Translations under genes and position numbers: made by a program
Assembly: GCF_009914755.1 (NCBI RefSeq)
Contig: NC_060937.1
Source of the DNA: the human T2T-CHM13v2.0 reference genome, Homo sapiens
DNA length: 64,000 bases
Direction: 5' to 3' (one strand)
Shown here: positions 42,242-54,904 of the stretch, one piece after another
How the letters are laid out: every line of letters begins with the position of its first letter
How positions within the stretch are numbered: the stretch's first letter is position 1
Notes under the pieces: model-generated
What the model saw: the letters and a program-made list of their open reading frames with translations, nothing else
Database searches by the model: none
What the model was told of the DNA's origin: nothing

Positions 42242-44203
42242 CAAGATGAGATGTGGATGGGGACACAGCCAAACCCTATCATTCTACCCCGGCCTCTCTC
42301 AAACCTCATGTCCTCACATTTCAAAACCAATCATACCTTCCCAACAGTCCCCCAGAGTCTTAACTCATTTCATCATTAACTCAAAAGTCCAAAGTCCAAA
42401 GTCTCATCTGAGACAAGGCAAGTCCCTTGTGCCTATGAGCTGGTAAAATCAACAGCAAGTTAGTTACTTCCTAGATACAATGAGGGTACAGGCATTGGGT
42501 AAATACAGCCATTCCAAAAGGGAGAAATTGGCCAAAACTAAAGGACTACAAGCCCCATGGAAGTCTGAAATCCAGCAGGGCAGTCAAATCTTAAATCTCC
42601 AAAATGATCTCCTTTGACTCTATGTCTCACATCAAGGTCCACTGATGCAAGAAGTGGGTTCCTATGGTCTTAGGCAGCTCCCTCCCTGTGGCATTGCAGG
42701 GTACAGCCTCCCTCTCAGCTGTTTTCACAGGCTGGCGTTCAGTGTCTGCGACTTTTCCAGGTGAATGGTACCAGCTGTCAGTAGATCTACCATTCTGGGG
42801 TCTGGAGGAGGGTGGCCCTCTTCTCACAGCTCCACTAGGTGGTGCTCCAGTAGGAACTCTGTGTGGGGGCAACGATCCCACATTTCCCTTCTGCACTGTC
42901 CTAGCAGGGGTTTTCAATGAGGGCCTCACCCCTGCAGCAAATTTCTGCCTGAGCATCCAGGCAGTTCCATACATCTTCTGAAATCTAGGCAGAAGTTCCC
43001 AAACCCCAATTATTGACTTCTGTGCACTCCCAGGCTCAACACTACATGGAAGCTGTCAAGGCTTGTGGCTTGCACCCTCTGAAGCCACAGCCAAAGCTCT
43101 ATGTTGGCCTCTTTCAACCATGGCTAGAGCAGCTGGGATGCAGGTCACCCTGTCCCTAGGCTGCACACAGCTAAGGGACCCTGGGCCTGGCCCATGAAAC
43201 CATGTTTTCCTCCTAGGCCTCTGGGCCTGTGATGGGAGGAGATGCCTTGAAGACCTCTGACATGTCCTGGAGATATTTTCCTCATTGTCTTGGTGATTAA
43301 CAGTGGGCTCCTCGTTACTTATGAAAAGTTCTGCAGCTGGCTTGAATTTCTATTCAGAAAATGGGATTTTCTTTTCTATTAAATTGTCAGGCTGCAAATT
43401 TTCCGGGCTTTTATGCTCTCTTTCCCTTACAAAACTAAATGCCTTTAACAGCACGCAAGTCACCTCTTGAATGCTTTGCTGCTTTGAAATTTCCTCTTCC
43501 AGATATCCCAAATAATCTCTCTCAAGTTCAAAGTTCCACAGATCTCCAGGGAAGGGGCAAAATGCCTCCAGTCTCTTTGCTAAAACCTAACAGGAGTCTC
43601 CTTCGCTCCAGTTCCCAACAAGTTCCTCATCTCCATCTGAGACCACCTCAGCCTGGACGTCATTGTTCATGTCACCATCAGTATTTTGGGCAAAGTCATT
43701 CAACAAGTCTCTAGGAAATTCCAGACTTTCCCACATGTTCCTGTCTTCTTCTGAGCCCTCCAATTTGTTCCAACCTCTGCCTGTTATCCAGTTCCAAAGT
43801 TGCTTCCACATTTTTGGGTATCTTTTCAGTAACGCCCTACTATACTGGTACCAATTTACTGTATTAGTCCATTTTCACACTGCTGATAAAGACATACCCA
43901 AGACTGGGGAAAAAGGTGGTTTAATGGACTTACAGTTCCACATGGCTGGGTAAGCCTCACAATCATGGTAGAAGACAAGGAGGAGCAAGTCACATCTTAC
44001 ATGGATGGAGACAGGCAAAGACAGAGATTGTGCAGGGGAACTCCCCCTTATAAAATTATCAGATCTCATGAGGCTTATTCACTATCAGGAGAACAGCAGG
44101 GGAAAGGCCTGCCCCATGATTCAATTACCTCCTACTGGGTCCCTCCCTAAACACAAGGGAATTCAATATGAGATTTGGGTTGGGATGCAGCCAAACCATA
44201 TCA
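42242..44203 (-). mobile_element. THE1 element: complete 5' LTR 43860-44203, internal 42282-43859, ~40-bp 3' LTR remnant
   Basis: Reverse-complement homolog of 8831-11127; junctions tactggtaccaatttac|tgtattag and aaaccctatca|ttctacccc. Confidence 0.93.
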
Positions 44204-45175
44204 AAAGTTTCTTGAATTAGATGGTAATGATGGTTACATAACTGAATTTTACACTCTGAGGTGGTTAAAATGGTAATTTATTTTACATGTTTTAGACAAT
44301 TAAAAAAATAACTATGCATACTGAATATCAACATGCGGGAAACTCAGTCACAGATTAATTCAAGGAAAATTAACCTTCTCCAAGTATTAAGTGGCATATT
44401 TGTTTATTAAACGTATGATTTTATTTTCTCTTTCTTAAATAAAAAAACTTGTTTACAGAAGCAGGAACTGACTAGTGGGCTACTGCTATGCTCACTAGTG
44501 AGCATGCTTTATTTGCCAAAAGGCTCTTCTTTTTTTGCTCTGTTTCATGTTAATGAAATTCCACTTACAGTTATTTTACATGCTCATATCTTTGATTAGG
44601 AAAAATGCCTTTTGAATGGAGTCACTTATTATCAGCCCATCTCTCCTTTGGATGAAAAGTTTAAAAATGAGCATTTTTAAATATAACTAAAGCATTATTT
44701 TAAGAATATTGCCCTATCATTAAAAGTAATTGAATATAATATTTTCACCTATAATTTTATCCCTGCCTCATTTTTTTACCCTACTTACGTCAAGTCCCTG
44801 ATTTCATCATGCTTTTAATTAAAATATGTCTGGATTTTGTTTCTCTCTCATTAATTGATCTGCCTTAACCCTAAGGTAGACTCTTATCTCACACCAGGAT
44901 GATTGCGTTAGTTTCTTGTTCTCTCTGATTTTAAGGCCTTTACATTTCAACCCGTTTGATATGTTTCTGCCAGATTATGCTTCCTAAAATATAGCTTTTA
45001 CATATTTCTTATGCTTTAAATTCTGCTGTGATCCTCCATGCCCTCATAATCAAGTCTAATTTCAATTGTGTGTTATCTCATGTATTTTAGCAAATTACTG
45101 TTCTTACCTATATCTTTTTACACTTTTTCATTATTTGTTGTCATTTCACAATGACTAATTTAAACATAAGACTAT

Positions 45176-45552
45176 TGTATTAGTTCATTTTCACACTGTT
45201 ATAAAGATATACCATAACTGAAACTGGGTTATTTATAAAGAAAAGAGGTTTAATTGACTAACAGTTCTGCATGGCTAAGGAAGCTTCAGGAAACTTACAA
45301 TCACAGCAAAAAGGGAAGAGGCACGTCTTACATGGTGGCAGGCGACAGAGAAAGTGAGCAAGAACAGGGAAAACTGCCTTCTAAGACCATCAGATCTCAT
45401 GAGAACTCACTCACTATCACGAGAACAGCATGGGGAAAGCTGCTCCCATGATTTCATCACCTCCCACCTTGTCCTGCCCTCAACAGGTAGAGATTATGGG
45501 GATTACAACTGGAGATGAGATTTGGGTGGAGACACAGAGCCATACTACATTG
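45176..45552 (-). mobile_element. MSTA/THE1D-like solo LTR
   Basis: tgtattagttcattttcacactg...ccatcagatctcatgagaactcactcactatcacgagaacagcatgggg; perfect TSD actat. Confidence 0.9.
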
Positions 45553-46450
45553 ACTATGCATAGCAAGACATGCACTATATGTAAAGAATCTGGTTTGTCT
45601 TTTGAGACAGAAGAAATATAATTGAATTTTAATTTTAGGATTTATTTCTTGAAATACTGAGAAAGTCACAAATTATTGAAATTAGTTTCCATATCTATAC
45701 AATGAAAATTTGAAATGTCTCCTTTCTATCTCCTATAGTTTTTGTGAAGTCACAATGAGGTACTACATGTTAAACACGTTGAAAATAAGAGTTGATACTA
45801 GTTTGCATACAGTGCCATCATACCTTACTCATGACAGAACAGCAAATGTAGTACTTTCTACCAAATGTTTTTAAGATAGGTATAGCTCTGTCCTTTGTCA
45901 TTCTTCTTTCTCATTATGCTGTGTAACTTTATCGAAGAGAGGAATGAGTGTAAAAAATTGGCTTCGTGTGAATACTCCTCAGGTCAGTGGAGAAGAAGCG
46001 TTATTTTTATTCCCGATTATTAACTACAACCGCAGTCTGGCCTTCATAAAGCCAGCACAAAAGATGACTAATTTCAGAAAAACAGCTACTCCTAAAATAA
46101 AATTGTGCTGTAAATACGTTTATTATTTTCTCCTTAGATAAGCAGAGTGTTGTCTCTAAAATATAAAATACAGCATTAGGAATACTGATCTTCTTGGTTG
46201 GCAATTTTTAACAATAATATCTCAATGTTGAAAATTTCCCATACTAGTTAACTAATTTATTTATAGAGCACAGCAATATCTCTAACTCTGAAAAAAATTA
46301 TCTTACAATTGCTTATTCCAAAATTCTACCTCCAAGAAGCTATTATGTTGAGCCAGTAACTGGTTAGTTTAATGTGGTCATATTTTTGTTTTAAATTTGA
46401 TTTTTTCCGCTTTCACTGAATAAGAGCTATGCTGAGAATGATAGCCTTAC

Positions 46451-46468
46451 TTCTTTTTTCTTTCTTTC

Positions 46469-46523
<55 letters not shown>

Positions 46524-46609
46524 CTCTTTCTTTCTCTCTTTCTTTCTCTCTTTCTTTCTTTTCTTTCTCTCTTTCTTTCCCTTTCTTTCTTTCTTTCTTT
46601 CTTTCTTTC

Positions 46610-46677
<68 letters not shown>

Positions 46678-46714
46678 TCCCTTCCTTCCTTCCTTCCTTC
46701 CTTCTTTTTTTTTT
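46451..46714. repeat. Compound (TTTC)n/(TTCC)n microsatellite
   Basis: About 260 bp of pure pyrimidine, contiguous with the Alu poly-T. Confidence 0.97.
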
Positions 46715-46994
46715 AACAGAGTCATGCTCTATCCCCCAGGCTGGAGTGCAGTGGCACTATCTTGGTTCACTGCAACCTCTGCCTCCCGGTTCAAGCGATT
46801 CTCATGCCTCAGCCTCCTAAGTAGCTGGGATTACAGGGGTACACTACCATGCCCAGCTAACTTTTTGTATTTTTAATAGAGATGAGGTTTCATTATGCTG
46901 GCCAGGCTGCTCTCGGATTCCTGGCATCAAGTGGTCCGTGGGCCTCAGCCTCCCAAAGTGCTGGGATTACAGGCATGAGCCACCATGCCTGTCC
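46715..46994 (-). mobile_element. Alu (AluS/J)
   Basis: Antisense dimer; TSD-like atagccttactt/atagtctcactt encloses both the Alu and the STR. Confidence 0.95.
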
Positions 46995-47929
46995 AATAGT
47001 CTCACTTTTAATAATGAGAAGGTAAAACTGAAGACTTGATTTTCTATGTCTGAAAATTTGTGGTTTGCCAGCTACAGGGACAGAGACAAATATACCATAT
47101 TCCTGAAGTCCTGTTTATTTTATTTGTTGCTAGTATAGTATACATAAAAACAAAATATTTTCATGTCCTGAATGCAATTGTAGTTGGAATACTTTTCTGC
47201 TTAACCCTTTTTTCCGTGTGAAATTATAAAAACTATAGATGAATGGATGAAATATTTTCTTTATGCTCATGATAAATGTGTGACACTAGAAGAAACAAGA
47301 CTATGTTGAATTCCCAAATGTGATGCTGCCTCATTCAGGAAACTGCTTTTGTCACTTTTCCCAGTTCAAAGTAATTTTTTTGTGTGTGCAAATTGTTCTT
47401 TCATGATATATGCAATGAAACAGGAGGTATAGAATTAAAATGAAAAGAAAATTTGAATTAGAAAAGATCTGGCTTTATGTGTGAATAGAAAAGTTCAATT
47501 CATATAGAAAGTCATGAGGAAATTTGAGACCCAAATATTTCCCATTCTAGAAAGAAAAACAGCAGCAACCTAAGGTTTATCTCAAGTTCCACAGCTGTTC
47601 AAGTTCTATTTCATTTGCCCTATTGAAGGCTAAAATTCTAGTCTTTCTTCTTGTCCTAGTTAAGCCTCAGGTGAAAAAGCTTAAGTTAATCATACTCCTC
47701 AAACATACACATTATTTCCATCAGCCTAAGGCTTTTTATTATTTATCAATTTGTTTATATGCTTGTTTGATTTTTTCCTTTTATCTCCATTTTCACCATT
47801 TTGTGCAAATCCTTATATTTACATATTTCTGTAGAAAATGTATTATTGTGCATGCTTATTTTAAGTTTGAATACATAATGCTATTTTATAGATTACATTG
47901 TCATTTCAACTACATTTTCCAAAACCATC

Positions 47930-48140
47930 AGCATTTCTGTATCTTCTGCATAGTATTCTATGATATCCATCCACCACTTTCTATAAGCTCACTCAAGGAC
48001 AGACACACAGGTTGCCTCAACTCCCTAGCAAATAAACAACTATACACTGCCTACCCTTGTATATGCTCCTTAATGGTCATATTGATCATGGCTTTGGTAT
48101 TTATACCCAGTAAAAGAATTGCAAGGGCATAGCATGGCAT
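47930..48140 (-). mobile_element. Ancient L1ME-type fragment
   Basis: tagtattctatg...ggacagacacacaggttg...tatacccagtaaaagaattgc. Confidence 0.45.
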
Positions 48141-49596
48141 AAATTTTATTTTGAAATATAATTTATAAATTTATCAATATAAATTGAGCCAATGAATAAT
48201 TTAATACATTGCTTGCAAAAAAGGTAAAACAATATCCCATGCCCTCCTTCTACTTTTCCCTTTTCCTACTTCTACTCAAGCTGTTCTTCCCAATTTTTTT
48301 CCTCTCTCTATTCAAATCCTGGTTTTCATATTTCCAATTTTTAAATTGATCTTTTTTCAAAATTATCTTTAGCAGCAGAGCACTTCTTCAAAGAAAATCA
48401 GGTGTATAGAGCAAATTATGTGTGCATGTATGTGAGTGCATGTGAGTATGCATATATATGTGTACACTCATACACATATCAAATCAAAGACTTCCACTTT
48501 CATTGAGTTGGGTTGGGAGCTGTTCCACTGCTGCCTGCTACTCCCTCCCCTAGGGGCATCCTGGGAAGTTCCTAGAGCAGTAGCATCAGGTTAAAAAACT
48601 TAAATCTTTGAGATAGATTTCTACAAGTTGGGAGGAATAATAATATATATTACTCTTTAATAGATATTCCAGTATAATTTACATCTCAAAGCATCAAATT
48701 TAACAAGGAGTACAAGGAAGCAGAGTTTCATAAACTCACCAAAACTCAATGATTGTATAGCAAACAATCTCTTTTCCCCTTTTACTAACAGAATGTGTTT
48801 TATTTGGGTAGTTTCGCAGAGTCAGATCGATGCAAGTCAAGCTTTGTCAATGTCACTGACCAAACTAGACATTTTACTATGTTAAGCATGTTAAGAATGA
48901 ACACAAATTTTCCCGTACTCAGTATGCATATTAACTTTGAGTACTGTAGGAATTAAGAATTGCATTACTCAGAATTAAGGATACATTTGTGGTTACTGTG
49001 CAAAAGCTAAAACAGAAAAATCTCCTTCTCCTGTTATTTTCACTTTTTAAAATCCTTCCTCAAGCTGTGGTTTCCTCACATTTTATTTGTCTGTTCTTTT
49101 TCAAATGCAAGCCTTCTTACAAATCCCCTTCTACTCCAAAGCCATACCTTCATTTTTCACTTAAAATGTGCATCTGAAGAAACACCTTTAGCTAAATTTT
49201 CTTTTGTGTATATATTTGTTCAATTTGCAAACTTCAAGCCAAGAACCATTTTCTATTTTTTCTATTGTCTGTCTTAAATACCAAGTTTTTGTTGAAGTTT
49301 TGTTGAATTTTGCAGCACAAATTACATTCAGTAAGCCAAATATGCAGAACATTGCTTAAACATTGAGATCTGTGATATACAGCGTAATTTAAGCAATTTA
49401 GTGAAAGCTCTAAAATGATTTTGCCTACTTAAAGCATTTCCCTTTATTCTGTATAATCTTTAAAAATCATAATTCATAACAGTGTCGAATTCTATTTATT
49501 TCTTAGCTTAAATGACCTAATCTACCTTCAGGAATATCTACGTCTGTCAGGGGTACCTGGAAAACCCAATACTTCAGATGTCAGCCATTATAATAT

Positions 49597-49626
49597 TGCA
49601 ACAAATTAAACCAGTAGATGGCAGTA
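49597..49626 (+). promoter_or_regulatory. Candidate CTCF binding site
   Basis: CCAGTAGATGGCAG (49611-49624) matches CCASYAGRKGGCRS at every position; TGCAA lies 14 bp upstream. Confidence 0.55.
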
Positions 49627-52600
49627 TCACTCAGCAAAATTTAAAGTTGATTTTTTTAGGCCTTTGTACAATAATCATAGTATCCTAAAACTTCCCCAAT
49701 AGTATGAGCTGACAAAGGCCTTACTTAACCATAATCAATCTTTATTCTCTGATAGATTAAAATGGTTAAATATACTTGATGGTATCAAACTCAAGATAAA
49801 ACTTTTTTTTTTTTAATAGGTTGAACATTTGTACCTTTGGCTTATTGCTATGTTTGGTGTTCATTTTATAAATATATAATTCTAGAGACACTTTACACAT
49901 TTTTTAAACATTGAATTTCATAATTTAAATTACATTTCTGAAAATAGTGTTCTCGATTTAGAAAAAGTGTAGTTTAGCTATTTTATATGATTATAAGTGC
50001 TGCATACTGCTATATTAAACCCTCAGAAGCATGAGGGCTCTGATAGACTTTGCCTATATTATTGAAGTAAGTTACTAGGCTTTTTTTTTTTTTCTTTCTA
50101 GCTAACTTGTTTGCTCAGATAACTAACAATATACCTAGTCTTGAGGATCTCCTTGTCTTTACTGGCACTGCAATGCAGTTCATACTCTCATTTATCTTAC
50201 TGGGCTAAGTAGCAGATGATGATTCATATAATTTCAAGAGATGAAATGCTAAAAGTAGAATAGGCTATTTTACATTGCAGATAATCGTAAGTCTACATTA
50301 TTAGGTTTTGTCTATTAAAATTACTTTAATTCTTACAATATATTTTAGAATATTGAATAGAAAAAATAAAGTTTCTATTAACATGTTTGGAATTTAATGT
50401 AGAAGAGCTCATATGAAGTAAATTAGAATTTGGAGTGGTTGATGTTATTTCACTTGTTCTGTTTCTCCAGTATTCTTAAGACAACTGACTGCGTAGTAAC
50501 AAACTATTAGACTATTTCTTACATTTAATATCTTGGCTTTTTTAACGAAGGGCAAACAATTACAGCATTTATATGAAAATATACCTTTAGCTAGAAGCAA
50601 TGTTTGTACCATATATTTAGAAGTAAAGATGTGACTATGAAACATAGTGAATTGCATAGGTCTAATGAGTCTGGTGAGTCAGTTGTTTAATGAAAATGAA
50701 TCGAATTGAGTAAAGCTCCAAGTGTATCCACTGGAGTAAATGAATGTTCTAAATTCTGTAGAAAGCAACTGGAGTGTGTCACACAAGCATCCAAAGAAAA
50801 CAGGTGGTGATTTCAGATTTCCCAGGTGAGGATTACAATCAAGTTGCAATTGTGGATCTCTCCTGTGTAAGAGCAAATACGGATTGTTCTTTAAAGTCAT
50901 GCTCTGCTGGTGTTCTGTTTGCTGCAGACACTGCCTTTTCAAGCGATGTCTCGTTTACAGGCAGGTAAATTCATCCTTTTGCCAAGGACATTCGTAATTG
51001 TCAGAGCCTTTGCTGTTTTCTTTGACTGGGGTGAATCAGCTGTTTAACTAAACAGTGACTATACATGCTCACGCATTTCTTCTTTCTTCCCCAGCTGTAC
51101 CTTTCTTTCATGTTTTATGAAATGCCCCCTGCTAATCAAAGCCAAACAGGTGCATAATGGACTTTCGTGAAAGCTGAAATGTATTTATTTCAAGTGTGGA
51201 GCATTTGAGCAAGCTGTGATTTAATCTTTGCTATCTGTTTTTCCTTGTCAAGTGATTGGCAGGAGGAGGCAAGCACAATCCATTTTTCTGATTAATACAC
51301 TGCCATGCACTTTGATTTCCTCCACATGAAGGTTACAAAGACTGCTGGTGCCATCAAGGAAAAGATGAGTTCTCATATAGGAAAATGTCAAATGCATCCT
51401 GTTTTGTGAAGATAGCTGAGGCCGTGAGGTTCAATGTAAGAATCAGGGCTTTGGAGTCAGAGAGGCCTGGGAATAGATTCAGCTCACCAACTTCTTTGCC
51501 TTAAACAGGTGCTTTACTACCTGGCATTACTCCATGGGCCACCCAACCCATCCTACCGGGATCATTTACCCACCTAAATCCTACCAGAATAACATTTTTG
51601 AGTCAGTACCAGTCTACAGATAAGTCTTACAGTCATGTTTGGCAGCATTTTCTGTTTCTCCTGGCAGTAAGGTGATACGTGTCTTTCAATGAATAGGATT
51701 GGTTTTCAATTCAATGAAATATTATAATCCTTATGAATTTCCATTTCATCACAGGAAAACAAATTTAGCAGTTCTTACTTCCAGCAGTTGTGTTAAGCAT
51801 TGACTCTGGTGCATATATAAAGTAACTGGCAGATAATAGAAGTTCATTTATCATTAATCACACTCTTCCATCATTTTTCTAGTGTAATTACTGCAAAGGT
51901 TGTGAATAACAAATTGTTATAAGAAGGAACTTTTCTGTATTTTCACAAATGGAAATGAGCTATTTCATGGAATTAATGTGAGCTAATATTCAAAAATTTC
52001 CTTTCTTCTCTTAAATTACTCTTTAAGAGAAGGTAAGGGGACATTTAAAGGAAGGATATTTCTTTAATTTGTCAGTTTATTTTCCCTATGTACGTAAAGT
52101 TATTGATTATAGTATTTCCAGAGCTCATAAGTCAATCAGACGATTATCATTTAATACATTATTGATAATATATTATAAAATAATATTAAGCAGTTACTAT
52201 ATTTCCTAAAGGCACATGACCACTAGTTGTGTCTTAAGCAATTAACAAAATAGATTCTATTCATTATCGTAATATTGAATTGTTATTGACTCCCATGGTC
52301 AAGCAATTTAACATTATATACTCACTGTAACAGACTTAAAATGAGAATAAGGGCTTATTTAATTTGGGACTTAATGACTAAAAGGTAACCTGAATTTGAA
52401 AATATTTCACATTGCCAGTGTCTTCACATTATGAAGGTCTATGGGTTGAATAGGGTGTTGAGGTATAAACATTTCTTTGAAGTTGAGGTAAGGCAGATTG
52501 AATTATACACTTGTTGGAGTACTTGCAACGTGAACTTCTAAAGTTCATTTCAACTCCTGCTTATGTCTCACTTAAGCCCATATCTCCAAAACAATTAACC

Positions 52601-53699
52601 TCTTGAATGCAGAGAGCATGTCAGGGTGATTTTGGTTTATACGTGGATAAAGTAAGCACCTCTGTGATAAATGATTTATCTACTTTCTTAATTTTAAATA
52701 GAAGCAACCCTTTATGTAATTCTAAATAAATTTGCAAATTCAAGAAATCTGTTTTTAATATACTGGGATTAGGTTCTTCTAATATTTTTAATATTGGTGA
52801 TAGTGATCCAACTAACAATTACTTCTTGGTAAAACATATATGGTTAGTAACAATACTATTTTTTTCTCAACTATTGTGTCTGCTAAACATTTTTTAAGTG
52901 TTTGGAATCCTAAGTACAAATTCATTTTGATATTAGACTATTTTTTTCTGTAGAACTGGGGATAAAACAGGAAGAGAAAGTATATGCTTGGTAACAATAG
53001 TTGTCTTTAAATGATAGGATTTTAGAGTAGCTCTTTGAAAAAAAATGCCTCAAAATAGTGCATCTTAGTTTGAAAGCTTAATCCTAAATAAATGAATTAC
53101 ATAAGATGGCTACATAACTGGAAAAAAGAGGGTGAAAAAAGAGGGGAAGTAAACAATTTCCTCCAAAACAAGCATTTAAATTAGGAAGAGATTACAAACA
53201 AAAACCCTAATCTAATTTGTATTAATTACATAATTTACAGTTTTCTTTTTTCTATATCTTCTTTCTCCTCCATTTCTGCTTTTTCTCTTTCTTTCTCTCC
53301 CTTATTGCATTAGCTCTTTGTTTAGATTTGGAAATTTGCTGATTCTTTATGAATATAATTTGTTCTTTTAATTCATGGGTGGCAGGTGGAACCCTTCAAA
53401 ATAACCATTCAATTGAGTCAAAACAGGTATTTAAGGGGGTTTAAATTGCTAGACAAATGTAGGATATTAACTGCCTTATAATTCTGAACAGTTTAATTTA
53501 TCTGACAGCATAAATGTTTGAAATGTTAATGTGCTTGACTTTCTTTTTTCTTTTTTTTAAATCCCTTTCTTTTCTCTATTGCTTAGTTTCTTTGATTTTT
53601 GTTGTTTTATTTTGCATTCATTAGTTCAAGAGGTTAGAGAAAAACAGAAGTCATCTCAACACTGGCCTGTTCAGATGCAAAATTAACCCCTCAGCCACC

Positions 53700-53701
<2 letters not shown>

Positions 53702-53741
<40 letters not shown>
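53702..53741. repeat. (CA)n microsatellite
   Basis: About 20 CA units with one CG interruption. Confidence 0.95.
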
Positions 53742-54605
53742 TCTCACGTCCATGTATATGTACATATACAGACATAGAACTTATCTCTATGGTATATGCG
53801 CACCTTAGAAAAGTAAAAATCTCACGTGAAGAGTCTAATGTTCCTTATTTCTATTTTTGTAGTAGAAAAGAATCAGTGGAAGTAAAGAAAAATAAGTACA
53901 TTTTGTTCACAAGTCTGGTACTCATGGTGATTGACAAGATTTCAAATAAAGGGTACTGCATCTCAGATTGACTGCTACCCCTACAATGTTAGAAAATGAT
54001 AAGGAAATGGCCACATCCCAATAGATAAGCCAATGTATAGAGAATGCATAACTCTCAGAAGTAACTGACAGTAACATAAATCTGAAAAAGATTCCAAAAG
54101 TACTGGATCTGAAATAGTACAAACAATGCTTGAAGTTGGTTAAGGAGTTACCAGTTACTTGTGAGAAGGAAGTTTGCTAATGCACACAGCTTGATTTAGT
54201 GATTTCATTCTGTGATATATATACCACAGAAAAATTCTTGTCCAATGTACAAAATTGTTCCAAGTAAAATAGTAGATAATAAAATTAACCTGGAAAATGT
54301 TGCTTAAAAAATAATGAATAAATAAGTTGTGGACTATCACCAGAATGTAACATTAGGTAGCAATCAAAATAAATGAACATAGATGCATAACTTAAATTAA
54401 CAAGTATAATATTTAGCTAAAGATTATATAATAGAAGAATATAGCATTTAACTTTTAATATACATTTCAAAAACTAGCAAAATGAAAAATATATTGTAAA
54501 ATATGTTGATTATATATTTATATGTACATATATGTGGGGTTTGTATGTATACATAGATAATATGTGTAGTAAAAATGAAAATAAAAGCAAAGAAAATGAC
54601 AGCAA

Positions 54606-54904
54606 TTTTTTTTTTTTTGAGACAGAGTCTCGCTCTGTTGCCCAGGCTAGAGTGCAGTGGTGCAATCTCGGCTCACTGAAACCTCCGCCTCCCGAGTTCG
54701 AGCAATTCTCCTGCCTCAGCCTCCCTAGTAGCCAAGATTACAGGCATGTGCCACCACACCCGGCTAATTTCTTTTTTTATTTTTAGTAGAGACAGGGTTT
54801 CACCATGTTGGCTAGGCTGCTCTTGAACTCCTGACTTCAGGTGATCCGCCCGCCTTGGCCTCCCAAAGTGCTGGGATTACAGGCATGAACCACCACGCCC
54901 AGCC
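54606..54904 (-). mobile_element. AluSx-like
   Basis: Antisense full dimer; TSD core acagcaa. Confidence 0.95.

Larger units (their letters stand above)
38940..44310 (+). mobile_element. L1MB-type ORF2/3' end host carrying nested L1PB, two Alus and a THE1
   Basis: Collinear sense L1 ORF2 (atcccaggaatgcaag, gtggtactggcataaggatagacat, gaaaaaagccagacacaaaagaccacata). The 3' end resumes at ~44205 (ggtggttaaaatggtaattta...aattaaaaaaa). Confidence 0.85.

Noticed and set aside
46429-46725. 95-aa F/L/S-rich and 92-aa K/E/R-rich ORFs
   Set aside because: They are translations of the (TTTC)n microsatellite.
47623-48132. 169-aa hydrophobic ORF
   Set aside because: Non-ATG start, T-rich composition, partial overlap with an L1ME relic and no recognisable domain.
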